Positions 41,927 to 52,346 of a stretch of 64,000 nucleotides of DNA are shown here, piece after piece; position 1 is the first letter of the stretch, and the number at the start of each line of letters is the position of its first letter. Position numbers and translations under genes: made by a program. This stretch comes from an uncultured Verrucomicrobiae bacterium (GTDB taxonomy: Bacteria; Verrucomicrobiota; Verrucomicrobiia; Chthoniobacterales; UBA10450): the NCBI GenBank assembly GCA_963726745.1, contig CAVSDR010000006.1, forward strand, positions 512,001-576,000. The letters run 5' to 3'. The notes beneath the pieces were generated by a model, which did not search any database, was not told where the DNA came from, and saw nothing but the letters and a program-made list of their open reading frames with translations.

Positions 41927-43753
41927 CTAGGGCACCGGAGCCGGCTTCTCGCTCTTGCTCATGGTCGTGCGGGTGCTGTGGATCTTCTCGGCCAGCGCCT
42001 TGTTTCCCGGGTCGAGCGCGCTCGCTTTTTGCCAATATTCCAGCGCCTGCGGGATGCGATTCATTTTCGCATAAGTGTCGCCGATGTGCTCGAAGACCAC
42101 CGGATCGTCGTGCGAGATCGTCTGGGCCGCGCGCTGGAGATCGCGCAGCGCGTCCTCGTATTTCCCCTGGCGATACGAGAGCCAACCGCGGCTATCCAGA
42201 TAGGCACCGTTATCGGGATCGAGCTCGAGCGCTTTCCCGATCATTTCCGCGGCCTCGTCGAGACGCATGTTTTTATCCGCCCACATGAAGCCGAGATAGT
42301 TGTAAGCCTCGGCCGCTTTCGCCGGATCGAGCGCGATCGATTGGTGGAAAAGCTCCGCCGCTTTGTCGTAAAGCCCGGCCTGCTCCGCCGCCGCGCCGTA
42401 GTCGAAGTAGAAGCGCGCGTTCAGCATCTCGCCGGTGGCGGGCCCGGCCTCCTGGAGCGCTTCCTCGAAGGTGACCACGGCCTGCGCGGCGTGTTTCGCT
42501 TCGCGTTGCGCGATCGCGAGGAAGTAGCTGAACTCCGGCGATTGCGCGAAGCGTGCCCGCGCCTCGGTGAGGATGCGCTCGGCGCGCGCGGGATCGCGCA
42601 GCGGACTGATGAGCAACTCGGCCAGGCGCAGGTAGGTCTGGCCGCGGTTCGGATTGATCAGGAGACATTGCTCATAATTAGCCGCCGCTTTGGCGAATTC
42701 CGCCCGCGCTTCCTCGGTCTTCTTGGCGCGGAGGAGCGCGCGGCCTTCCTCGTCCTGAAGCTGCGCGAGCAATTCATAAGGCTGATATTTCTCCGGCGTT
42801 TCGGCGATGATTTGGCCGAGAAGCTCGATCGCTTTCGCGCGCTGGTTTGTGGCCGCGAAGCTGCTGGCTAATTTCTCCCGCACCTGCTGGTCGTCCGGCT
42901 GGAGCTCAAGCACGCGCAGGTAAAGCGGGATCGCCAAGGGAATTTGCTGCGAGGCGGCGTAGAAATCGGCCACCTCTTTGAGGATCGCCGGATCGTCGCC
43001 CGCGTGCTCGCTCGCGCGCTTGAAGATGGCGTCGACCCGCGAGAGGGCGGCGGGCGACTCCCCGGCTTCCGGCACGAGCAAGGTGGAGGCGAAGAGTTTG
43101 CCGAGCCGCGTCCAGAAGGTGGGGTTCGTGCTCGAAACCCGCGCAGCCCGCTCGAGCGTCTCCATCGCTTTCTCCGGATGGCCGCGGCCAAGCTCGATCT
43201 CGTAGATGCGCTGGTAGGCGTCGATATTTTCGGGGTCGAGCGCGAGCGCCTGGTTGGCGTACTTCAGCGCCGGCTCCGGCTTTCCAAGATAGCGGGCGTA
43301 GATGAAGGCAAGCTGGAGGAAAGGCGTGGTCTCGCGGCCGTTGGCCTTGATCGCATCGCGCAGGATATCGATCGCCAGCGGGAACTCCTCCTGCCGCACA
43401 AGGAGCGAAGCGACCCGCGAAGCGAGCTCGATCTCGCCCGGATCGACCGTGAGCACTTTCTGGTATTTCTCGAGCGCGTCCTCGACTTCCCCCGCTTCCT
43501 CGAGGCGCGCGCCCTCGACAAAATTAGCCAGCGCGTCGGCCTTGCGAATCGCGGCGGGCGCCAGCGCAAGGTCGGCCGCCGGCGGGAGCCGCAGGGAATC
43601 GTCGAGCTTTCCGCGCGCTCCCGGCAGCGACCGCACGGGCGCGGCGACCTGCTCCTTCGCCGGGCGCGACGGCCGGGCCTCGGCCATTCCGCCGAGCCCG
43701 AAAACGAGGGCCGCCGGAAGGAGAAACTGGACCGCGCGCGCGAGCCGATGCAT
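41927..43753 (-). CDS. Secreted tetratricopeptide repeat protein
   Basis: Signal peptide, many TPRs, C-terminal AYNYLGFMWAD...PDNGAYLDSRGW...EHIGD. Confidence 0.85.
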   Translation of the reverse strand: MHRLARAVQFLLPAALVFGLGGMAEARPSRPAKEQVAAPVRSLPGARGKLDDSLRLPPAADLALAPAAIRKADALANFVEGARLEEAGEVEDALEKYQKVLTVDPGEIELASRVASLLVRQEEFPLAIDILRDAIKANGRETTPFLQLAFIYARYLGKPEPALKYANQALALDPENIDAYQRIYEIELGRGHPEKAMETLERAARVSSTNPTFWTRLGKLFASTLLVPEAGESPAALSRVDAIFKRASEHAGDDPAILKEVADFYAASQQIPLAIPLYLRVLELQPDDQQVREKLASSFAATNQRAKAIELLGQIIAETPEKYQPYELLAQLQDEEGRALLRAKKTEEARAEFAKAAANYEQCLLINPNRGQTYLRLAELLISPLRDPARAERILTEARARFAQSPEFSYFLAIAQREAKHAAQAVVTFEEALQEAGPATGEMLNARFYFDYGAAAEQAGLYDKAAELFHQSIALDPAKAAEAYNYLGFMWADKNMRLDEAAEMIGKALELDPDNGAYLDSRGWLSYRQGKYEDALRDLQRAAQTISHDDPVVFEHIGDTYAKMNRIPQALEYWQKASALDPGNKALAEKIHSTRTTMSKSEKPAPVP

Positions 43754-43821
43754 TACCGCGAGTGTAACGGAGCGGTTCTCGGGGCGCAATGACCGTGGGC
43801 GCCAGCGAAGGGGAAACGTCC

Positions 43822-43926
43822 CTACGACTTGTAGCGGAGACGCTTCTTGTGGCGATTCTCCTTCATGCGCTTGCGGCGCTTGTGCTTGGAGATTTTCGCT
43901 TTACGACGTTTCTTCAGGGAGCCCAT
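43822..43926 (-). CDS. Small basic ribosomal protein bS22/mS38-like (AURKAIP1/COX24 domain), 34 aa
   Basis: Hand translation MGSLKKRRKAKISKHKRRKRMKENRHKKRLRYKS; below the ORF-track size cutoff. Confidence 0.85.
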   Translation of the reverse strand: MGSLKKRRKAKISKHKRRKRMKENRHKKRLRYKS

Positions 43927-44012
43927 GGGTAGTGATCAGCCGGTCGGTTAACCGGGCCGCAATGCAAGCATCGGTTGGGAGGCTCCGCAACTGACTTCTT
44001 CAAGCTTGCTGG

Positions 44013-44492
44013 CTAAAGCGCGAGCGCTTTTCGGAGCAGGTCGACATGCTCTTCCGGCTTCACTTTGCGGAAGACCTCGGCGATCCGGCCCGCGTCATCG
44101 ATCACGAAGGTGCTCCGCTCCGCGCCCATGTATTTCTTGCCATACATGCTTTTCTCCACCCAAACGCCGTAAGCCTCCACGAGCGCGTGTTCCGGATCGG
44201 CCAGCAGCGGGAACGGAAGCGCGTGCTTGCCGATGAACTTCTCGTGGCTTGCGACCGAATCCGGGCTGACGCCGAAAAGCTCGGCCGCACCGTCGAGCTC
44301 GCCCCAGTGATCGCGCAGGCTGCAGGCCTGCACGGTGCAGCCGGGCGTGTCGTCCTTCGGATAAAAATAGAGCACCACCCGGCGCCCGCGGAAGTCGCCT
44401 AACGAGACTTCTTTGCCGGCGCCGTATTTCCCGCCGACGGCGGTCGCGCGGAACGGGGGCGCGGCATCCCCGGCTTTCAGTTCAGTGGCCAT
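44013..44492 (-). CDS. bcp: Peroxiredoxin BCP/PrxQ
   Basis: VLYFYPKDDTPGCTVQAC, GVSPD, ERSTFVID. Confidence 0.93.
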   Translation of the reverse strand: MATELKAGDAAPPFRATAVGGKYGAGKEVSLGDFRGRRVVLYFYPKDDTPGCTVQACSLRDHWGELDGAAELFGVSPDSVASHEKFIGKHALPFPLLADPEHALVEAYGVWVEKSMYGKKYMGAERSTFVIDDAGRIAEVFRKVKPEEHVDLLRKALAL

Positions 44493-44504
44493 GTCCCCCG
44501 ACGA

Positions 44505-45210
44505 TCAGGTCTCCAGGAAGATAATCAAGACGCCCACCGTGCAGAGGAGCGCGCCGATGAGGCCGCTCTCGTATTTTTCGAGCACGCGAAGCTTGATCCG
44601 CTTGACGCCGTTGAGCGTGAGCCAGGTAAACAGCACCATCCCCGCGACCGTGCCGACGGAAAGGATCACCGTGAGGAGCGCGAAACCAAGCCAGCCATAT
44701 TGCACCCCCGAGGCATAGATCGGGAGAAACGCCTCGCACGGCGAAAAGGTCAAAAGAGCCAGCAGGCTGGTGATGGCCACCCGGTCCGAAGCCGCCGCCG
44801 GCGCGTGTGTGTGCTCTGCTGGATGTTCGTGCTCGTGCTCGTGCGTGCTCGCCATGGGAATGCGCATGCCCGCAAAACAGATGGTGGTGCGCATGTCCCC
44901 GGCCTGTGAGCTGCCGGTAAAGGTAAAACCCGCCCAAGACCAGAAGCGCGCCCCCGGCAATCCACGGGAACCACGCGCCCACGCGATGCGTCAGGGCGAT
45001 TCCGAAAAACGCGATCAGGAACCCAAGCAGCGCGGTAAAGATGACATGCCCGGAACCGGCGAGCGCGGTGACCGCGAGCGTCTTCGAGTGGCTCCAATTC
45101 TGCGCCCGTGCCGCGAGCACAAAGGGCAGCCAATGCGTCGGGATGGCCGCATGAAAGAAGGCCACCCCAAACCCAGTCAGCGCAATGGTCGTGAGGACGG
45201 CGTGGTTCAT
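44505..45210 (-). CDS. His-rich membrane protein, NiCoT/RcnA/UreH-like metal transporter (apparent frameshift about 44855)
   Basis: HAAIPTHW, GH in TM2, His-rich loop, FSPCE in the second frame. Confidence 0.75.
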
Positions 45211-45274
45211 CGGCCCGTGCCCTTAATCGCAAACGCGCCCGGAATCGAGCGGGCACCGCGAAAAAAGAATCTCA

Positions 45275-45348
45275 TCGGGCTGGCGGGATTCGAACCCGCG
45301 GCCTCTTCGTCCCGAACGAAGCGCTCTACCAAGCTGAGCCACAGCCCG
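45275..45348 (-). tRNA. tRNA-Pro (anticodon CGG), CCA not encoded
   Basis: CGGGCTG acceptor, GCTCAGCTTGGTAGAGC D arm, CTTCG-TTCGGGA-CGAAG anticodon arm, GGTTCGAATCC T arm. Confidence 0.95.
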
Positions 45349-45622
45349 TGATGATTCGCCGGAAGGCTCCGGCGAGCCATTACTTCGCATAAAGGGTGGC
45401 GCTGGCAAGCCGTTAAAAGCGCCTGCTCGGTGCGCCGCTGCCGCCTTGGTGGGCTAACAAACCGGTTGACAGTCCCCAGCCGCGCCCGCAAGGTCACCGT
45501 TCGTTTTTTCCACCCAATAAATGCTCGCCTCAAAGTCAGTCCCAGTGGGTGTTTCCGGCGATTCACCCACGATCGTCCAGTTCCCGATGGAAGGCGCGCG
45601 CGCGCCCCGTTCCCTACGCAAT

Positions 45623-45844
45623 ATGACCGCACAACTCCTCCAGGAAGCCGCTACCGTGATCCCGAATCAGCAGTTGCTGATCAACGTCGTTTCCAAACGT
45701 GTGCGTCAACTCGGGCTGGGACATCGCCCGTTGGTCGAGGCGACCCCGCGCGCCTCGCTCACCGACATCGCGCTCAAGGAAATCATTGCCGGCAAGCTCA
45801 CCTTTGAATTGATCGCGGACGACGTCGAGCCGGCCGCGGCCTGA
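45623..45844 (+). CDS. rpoZ: RNA polymerase omega subunit
   Basis: IPNQQLLINVVSKRVRQL...DIALKEIIAGKL; 73 aa. Confidence 0.82.
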   Translation: MTAQLLQEAATVIPNQQLLINVVSKRVRQLGLGHRPLVEATPRASLTDIALKEIIAGKLTFELIADDVEPAAA

Positions 45845-45896
45845 TTCCTCCCGAGCGCGCAGCCTCCCGGTCCCGCGGCTGGCGCTCCCCCGGGCC

Positions 45897-46358
45897 ATGG
45901 CGGCGGAAACCATTCTCAATCGCAAAGCGCTGCGCGATTTTCACATCCTCGACCGCTTCGAGGCGGGCGTGGAATTGAAGGGCAGCGAGGTGAAGTCGAT
46001 CCGCGCCGGGAAGGCGAACATCGGCGACGCCTTCGCCAAGATCGAGAAGGGCCAGGCCTTTCTCTACAACGCCGACATCCAGCCCTACGCGCAGGCCAGC
46101 ATCGAGGTGCCGCCGTCGAAACGCGTGCGCCGCCTCCTCCTCCATCGCCAGGAGATCGACAAGCTCTACGGCGAAACCGCCGTCGCCGGCCGCACCCTGG
46201 TGGTCCTGAAGCTTTACTGGAAAGGCGGCCGGATCAAAGCCGAGATCGGCGTTGCCACCGGCAAAGTGGCGCATGACAAACGCGCCGACCTGAAGAAGCG
46301 CGCGACCGATCGCGAGACGGAGCGCGAAGTCTCGCGTTTCAATCGTCGGCACGGCTGA
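45897..46358 (+). CDS. smpB: SsrA-binding protein
   Basis: NRKA, EAGVELKGSEVKSIR, RRLLLHRQEI, GKVAHDKR. Confidence 0.95.
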   Translation: MAAETILNRKALRDFHILDRFEAGVELKGSEVKSIRAGKANIGDAFAKIEKGQAFLYNADIQPYAQASIEVPPSKRVRRLLLHRQEIDKLYGETAVAGRTLVVLKLYWKGGRIKAEIGVATGKVAHDKRADLKKRATDRETEREVSRFNRRHG

Positions 46359-46408
46359 GGTTTTTCGCCCGTTCCGCGCGACGCCGCGCGTGCTAGCTTC
46401 CCCGCGAA

Positions 46409-47637
46409 ATGCCGCGCGCCCGTTCCCCGCTCCTGGTTCTCTTCCTCACCGTCTTCATCGATATGGTGGGCTTCGGCATCATCATCCCGGTGCTGCCGCT
46501 TTACGCGCTGCACTTCCATGCCTCGCCCATGACCATTGGGTGGCTCACCGGCATTTACTCCGGGATGCAGATCATCTTCACGCCCATTCTCGGGCAATTA
46601 TCCGACCGCTTCGGCCGGCGACCCGTGCTCATGATCAGCCTTTTCGGGACCGCGATCGGCTTCGTCCTCATGGGGCTGGCGCACACCGTTTTCCTGCTTT
46701 TCGTGGCGCGGATCATCGCCGGCATCACCGGCGGCAATATCTCCATCCCGCAGGCTTACATCGCCGATGTCACTACGCCGGAGACTCGCTCGAAACACAT
46801 GGGCATGCTCGGCGCCGCCTTCGGCCTCGGCTTCACTTTCGGTCCGATGATTGGTGGAACTCTCAGCCGCGTTTCTTATTCGGCGCCGTTCTACTTCGCC
46901 GCCGGCCTGGCCTTCTTCAACGTCGTCCTGCTTTACTTCATCCTCCCGGAGAGCCTCGCGAAGGAGCACCGCGCGCAGCCGCATGCGCGCGCCTCGATCC
47001 TGGAAGTCTTCCGCCATGGCAAGGGCGCCGCTCTTCGGCATGGTCGTCGCGACCTACTTCTTCCTCGTGGTCGGCTTTGCGATCATGACCACGCTTTTCG
47101 CGCTCTTCACCGAGCGCCGTTTCGGCTACGACGCGCGGGCCAACGGCTACCTCTTCGGCTTCATCGGCATCGCCACCGTCATCGTCCAGGGCGGGCTCAT
47201 CGGGCGATTGGTCAAGCGCTACGGCGAGCGGAATCTGGCGCGCGCGGGCCTCCTCTTCACCGCCGGCTCGCTCGCGCTGCTCCCTTTCTGCCACACCCTT
47301 CCGCTCCTGCTCGTCGCCTGCCTCGGCCTCTCGTTAGGCACCGGCCTGGCCAGTCCGCCGCTCAACGGTCTCGCCTCGCAAATGATCGACCAGAGCTGGC
47401 AGGGCCGCGCCCTCGGCGTGATGCAATCTGCCGGGAGCGTCGCCCGCCTGCTCGGCCCGCTCCTCGGCGGCAGCCTGCTCATGCTCGACCTCCATCGGCC
47501 GATCGCCGATTACGGCCGCACGCCCATTCCTGGTCGCTTCCGTCCTGTGCCTCATCGGTGCCGCGCTCGCTTTCTCGATCAAGAAACCGCGCGCCGACGC
47601 CATGCCCGAGACCATTCCCGTCGGCTCGACCGTGTAA
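46409..47637 (+). CDS. TetA-like (DHA1) MFS transporter; apparent frameshifts about 47030 and 47527
   Basis: DMVGFGIIIPVLP, GQLSDRFGRRP motif A, AYIAD, GFTFGP; C-half in ORF 46851..47783; ends at TAA 47635-47637. Confidence 0.85.
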
Positions 47638-47641
47638 AACG

Positions 47642-48181
47642 ATGCGGCTTTTCGCGGCGCTCGACCTGCCCGGGGAAATTAGCCGGCAACTTGGCGCCCT
47701 CGATCCTCACCTCCCGGGCGTTCGCTGGACCCGCCCGGAGCAGTTCCACCTCACCCTCGGCTTCTTCGGCAACGTCTCGTTAGCGCAACAGACTGCGCTT
47801 CAGGAACGCCTCGCAGCGCTCCGTTTCACCGCGTTCTTCCTCCCGCTTCAGGGCGTCGGCACTTTCCCGGCGAAAGGCGCACCGCGGATCGTCTGGCTCG
47901 GCGTTGGCTCCGGGCACCCGCAACTTTTCCACCTCCACCGGAAAGTGCAGGACGCCGCCCTCGGCGCCGGGCTCGAGGCTGACCTCCGGCCCTGGCATCC
48001 ACATCTAACGCTCGCTCGCTGCGGCGACGTTTCGGCGCGAGCACTCCAGCCGTTCCTGAAGAAACACGCCGCGCTCGATGCCGGGCTCATCCGCGTGGAA
48101 TCGTTCTGCCTCTATTCCAGCATCCCAGGGCCGCTCGGGTCGGCTTACACCCGCGAGCTCGCCGTCCCGGCCACTCGTTAG
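47642..48181 (+). CDS. thpR: RNA 2',3'-cyclic phosphodiesterase (2'-5' RNA ligase family)
   Basis: MRLFAAL, HLTLGFFG, PHLTLAR. Confidence 0.9.
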   Translation: MRLFAALDLPGEISRQLGALDPHLPGVRWTRPEQFHLTLGFFGNVSLAQQTALQERLAALRFTAFFLPLQGVGTFPAKGAPRIVWLGVGSGHPQLFHLHRKVQDAALGAGLEADLRPWHPHLTLARCGDVSARALQPFLKKHAALDAGLIRVESFCLYSSIPGPLGSAYTRELAVPATR

Positions 48182-49489
48182 GCCGCGATCGCCGTCGGCA
48201 CCAGAATCGCGTCGCGCATTCCGTGCAGCAGCTTTTTATCGGCCGGCACGATTGTGGCCAGCGCCCCGCGCAGCTTCGCTTTCCCTGCTTCCACGAAGTA
48301 ATACGGGCAAAGCCGCACGCGGCCGCGCATCGTCTGGAGCTCGTCGGAATCGTGCGGCCAATACGGCTGCTCGACCAGCCGCGCCTTGTGAAAGCGCTGC
48401 ATAATTTTCGGCCCTTGCGTGAAAGTTGCGAGCGCTTCCGCGATTCGTTCCTGCCATTCTGATTGCGGCAAATCCTGCCCCACCCAGACCCCGCGGCTGC
48501 CCCAACCGAGCGGCGAAAATCCGCTCACCTTCAGAAGCAGCTCGCGCTCTTTCTGGCTCAGTTTGCCGGCCTCGCGCCAATCGTGAATCTCCAGTCGAGG
48601 AATCACCGCATGCTGCGGCAGCGGCGTCGGGTCCATCAGCCAGGTGTAGGGGATGACTGCCTGCAGCTGGGTGAAATATTTGTCGCCCAGTTCACGCCGC
48701 CAAAACTCGCGTAGCGGCTGCAGCCAAAAGAGCGCAAACCACATCTTCTCCTCGAGGTAAGGCTTCATCGGCGGCGTGACCTGGACCGCGCCCTCCGCCG
48801 CCGCCTGCATCAGCTCGGCCACGCGCGGCAGGTTCGGCAGGTCGAACATTTCGAAAAAGCGGTAAACCTTGCGTCCTGCGACTGGCTGGTAAGTCTCGGC
48901 GGCTTCCACCCGCCACTCGTTAGGCGCGTGGCGCTGGTTGAGCTGCGCCGCCACCCAACTCATCTCGGGACGGTAAGTGCCAGCCTCCTCCGAAACGAGA
49001 ATGTCGCCTCCTTCCGGAAGCAGCGAGCGAAAGCCATCGAGCATTTCCTCGCGGCCTCCGATGACGTCCGCCCCTAACGAGGCGTAAGTCTGGTTTAACC
49101 AAGCAGTCAGGCCGATCCCGCCCGGCACCGAGTCGATCTCCGCAAGGGTGATTCCCTCTTCGGTCAGGATGACATCCGGCCGGATGACGTGCGGCAGTTC
49201 GTCGCGAAAAATTTTGGCGCGCGCAAACTCGACCAGCTCCGGCGGCTTGCCCGCGTCGAGGTATTGCGCCACCCAGGCCGGCTGCTTGCCTTTGACGCTC
49301 TGCTGGTAAAGCAAATTACCCGCGCGCTGGAAAACGTAGAGCTGATGACCCAGGCGCTCCAGAGTGCTGGCAAATTTCGCGTCGATCGCAAAAGGCTCCG
49401 GCGAAAGGAGCCAGTCCTTTTCCGCAAACAGACCGGCCGTGGGAAAAGCGGCGCGCAGAGCGGCGAGGCGAGTCGGTCGCGGCGGACAT
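48178..49489 (-). CDS. Hypothetical ATP-grasp-like protein (glutathionylspermidine synthase / circularly permuted type); apparent frameshift about 49471
   Basis: RPD...EIDSVPGG, LLKVSG...GSRGV, IMQRF, RLCPY; the frame extends upstream of 49314 to near ATG 49489. Confidence 0.6.
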
Positions 49490-49544
49490 CAGGATGGGAA
49501 CGTCGAATGTCCGACGCCTTCCGTCCAACGCTTCAACCACACGC

Positions 49545-50159
49545 TCACCGGCCCGCGGCGATCCGCTTCAACGCCTGCTTGACCAACTCCTCCGCGGTGG
49601 TGATCTCCGGCTGCCGTTCCTGCAAATCGCGCACGGTCTTGTGCGCATCGACCTGCTTGTAGCCCAGCGCAATCAAGGCAAGCACCGCTTCGTTCGCCTG
49701 CGATTCCTCCGCGCTGGGCGCGTGCGCCGCGCTGGCCGCTTCCCAAACGGCGGAGACGCCAAGTTTATCCTTCAACTCGAGCACGATTCGCTCCGCCGTT
49801 TTCTTGCCCAGGCCACTGATCTTCGAAAGCGAAGCGACGTCGTTATTCACCACCGCGCTCTTGAAACTGCCGACGCTCATCCCGCTGAGGACGGCGAGCG
49901 CGAGCTTCGGACCCACGCCGCTGACGTGATTCACCAGCAGGCGAAAAAGATCGCGCTCAGCCGGGCTCATGAAGCCGAAGAGCACGTGCGCATCCTCGCG
50001 CACGTGCAGGTGAGTAAGGATCTGGAGCGGCTGGCCGACCGCCGGAAGCCGGTCGTAACTCGAGAGCGGAATCAACAACTCGTAACCGACGCCGTGGACC
50101 TCGACGATGGCCTGCGTGGGCAACGCAGCGTGCAAGGTTCCGGCGAGGAAAGTGATCAT
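49545..50159 (-). CDS. ruvA: Holliday junction branch migration protein RuvA
   Basis: VHGVGYE, HVREDA, VSGVGPKLA, GLGKKTAERIVLELKDK, ALIALGY. Confidence 0.96.
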   Translation of the reverse strand: MITFLAGTLHAALPTQAIVEVHGVGYELLIPLSSYDRLPAVGQPLQILTHLHVREDAHVLFGFMSPAERDLFRLLVNHVSGVGPKLALAVLSGMSVGSFKSAVVNNDVASLSKISGLGKKTAERIVLELKDKLGVSAVWEAASAAHAPSAEESQANEAVLALIALGYKQVDAHKTVRDLQERQPEITTAEELVKQALKRIAAGR

Positions 50160-50174
50160 GCGGCTACAACCTGC

Positions 50175-51624
50175 TCAGGAAGATTTCAGGAGCAATGTGA
50201 GATCAATCGGACGGCCCCGGACGATCGCCAGCCCCTGGGTGCGGAAGCTCTTCCAGCCGGCCGGCAGTGTGGGGTAAAGCGTCTCCGCCAGAGGCGTGGG
50301 CACGACCATGAAACGCGCCCCCGGCCGGGCCATGAAGTCCCCGGCGTTGGTCTCATCGAGATCCTCCATGAAGCCGTCGACTTTCCCGCGAAAATACCAG
50401 ACCAGGCTGGGCTCGCGGAAGCGGACCGCGCCAAACTCCATCTCGCGGCGGAGATCGCCGCGCGCGGCCTGGAAAAGATGCCAGGAAGGAAAATAGGGCG
50501 CGAGGAAGAGCGAGGCCGTCGCCGCCACCACGACCAGCCCCGCCATGCCGATGGCGGTGCGGCGCGCGCTGCGCAACGCCGCAGGCTGGTGCTCCAGCGC
50601 CCGCGCCAGCAGGAGCGCGAGCAGCGGAAAAGCTGGCAGGGTGTAATGCGGCAGCTTCGTCTTCACGAGGGTGAACACGACAAAAATGACGCCGGCGCCG
50701 GCGAGCAGGTAGGTGTCGACTGGCGCTCGTTCTTTCCAGAGCCGGCGGAGCAGCCAGGGAAGCGCGAAGGCCCACGGGAAGAAGGCCCAGAAGACGGTCA
50801 CAAAGTAAAACGGCAGGCTCGCGAGATAGCCCCAGATCGAGCCGCTCCCGTGGCCTTCCATGGCCACGAGCGAACGCCCGACGACATGCTTGCCGAGGCC
50901 CACGCGGAGGAACTCGCCATCCGTCCGCAGAAGCGCGGGCACACCCCAAAGGGCGACGACGGCGACAGTCAAAGCCAGGCCGGCGAGGAAGTGAAAGCGC
51001 TGTCTAAACTCGAGGTCGCGCTCGGCAAAACTTTAGCGCCACAAGGGTGAGCAACGGCGCCCAACCGATCGGGCCCTTGGCCAGGAAGGCGCCGGCTAAC
51101 GAGAGGTAAAAGACCCACCACCAAACGCGCGCCGGCGGTGTTTTCTCCCTCGTTAGGCGATCCCGCAGGAGCTCGTAGCCGGCCCAGTGCGCCGCGGTTA
51201 CAAAAAGAACCAGCCACATGTCAGCCACGGCCGCGCGCGCATGCACGATCGCTTGCAGGCAGGTGGTAAAGATGATCGCCGCCCACCAGGCGACACGCTC
51301 ACTCCCGAGCCGCCGGCCCCACGCGAAAAGCAACAGCGCGGTGGCCGCGGCCGCGAGCGCCGAGGGCAGGCGGGCGGCAAAGTCGTTCACCCCGAGGAGG
51401 CGATAGCTCGCGACTTGAAACCAGTAAGTCAGCGGCGGCTTGTCGAAGCGGTAGCTGTTATTGAAATATGGCACCACGTAGTCGCCGCGCTGGAGCATTT
51501 CGCGGGAGGCCTCGGCGAAGCGCGGCTCGTCCCGGTCGATCAACGGCAGCGTCCACGAGCCGCCGAGCTGGAAGAGCAGCGCGAGCACGAAAACCAGGGC
51601 GAATTTGCGGTTTGCAGGTTGCAA
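50175..51624 (-). CDS. ArnT/PMT-like (GT83/GT39) membrane glycosyltransferase; indels about 51000-51030
   Basis: DRDEPRFAEASREM, DKPPL, ARLPSA, LAKGP; then FFPW, KLPHYTLP. Start uncertain. Confidence 0.85.
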
Positions 51625-51674
51625 GGGCGGAAAAGAAACTAGATGAGCGTGAAAGAGAAACTGGAATCTGCCTC

Positions 51675-52307
51675 GTGAAAGAGTCGCATCGTCTGCTTCG
51701 CTGGCTGTTTTGGCTAGTGCCAGCTGCGCTTCTGCTCGCGGGTGCTTTTTCGCTCGATGCGGCCGCACAGGCCTGGATGGCCCGCCACACCACGCCAGCA
51801 GGATTGCATTTCATGGCGCAGGTGAGCCGGTGGGGCGATTGGCCGGGGCTGATTGCGCTGGGATTAGCCGGCGCGCTCATCGCTTACGCGCTGGGCAATC
51901 GCCGCTGGCTGATGATCTGCGCCGCCATGATCATCGCCTGCGCCTTGGCTGGGTTGGTCAATCGCGTGATCAAGGTGAGCACCGGACGCGCGCGCCCGAG
52001 CGTGACCGTGGACGCGGGGTGGAATGGCCCGCGCTGGAATTCGAAATATCACGCCTTCCCCTCCGGACACACCGCCTCGGCGGTGGCGTTTTTCGTCACT
52101 CTCCTGCTGGCGCGTCGGCGGGTGGGATTGATCGTTTTGCCGGTGGCGTTCCTGATTGCCGCCTCGCGGATTTACCTGCGGGCGCATTTCCTGTCCGATG
52201 TCACCGCCGGAGCGCTGGTGGGCGCATTGTGCGCCGTCGTCACCTGGCGGGTGATCTCCGCGAACATGCTCGATACCCGGCCGCATCGACGCGCGCTGGT
52301 CGAGTGA
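51675..52307 (+). CDS. PAP2-family phosphatase
   Basis: KVSTGRARP, FPSGH, SRIYLRAHFLSDV; divergent from the ArnT-like gene. Confidence 0.9.
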   Translation: MKESHRLLRWLFWLVPAALLLAGAFSLDAAAQAWMARHTTPAGLHFMAQVSRWGDWPGLIALGLAGALIAYALGNRRWLMICAAMIIACALAGLVNRVIKVSTGRARPSVTVDAGWNGPRWNSKYHAFPSGHTASAVAFFVTLLLARRRVGLIVLPVAFLIAASRIYLRAHFLSDVTAGALVGALCAVVTWRVISANMLDTRPHRRALVE

Positions 52308-52346
52308 AACTGCGCGGTCCCGCAGCGGAGCCACCGCGGAGAGGTT

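Noticed and set aside
45466..45494. Sigma-70 promoter for rpoZ (TTGACA at 45466)
   Set aside because: Perfect -35, but the hexamer at 17-bp spacing (CAAGGT) is a poor -10; not supportable.
46409..48181. 590-aa MFS-ThpR fusion in the ORF track
   Set aside because: Artefact of MFS frameshifts; the MFS ends at TAA 47637 and thpR has its own ATG at 47642.
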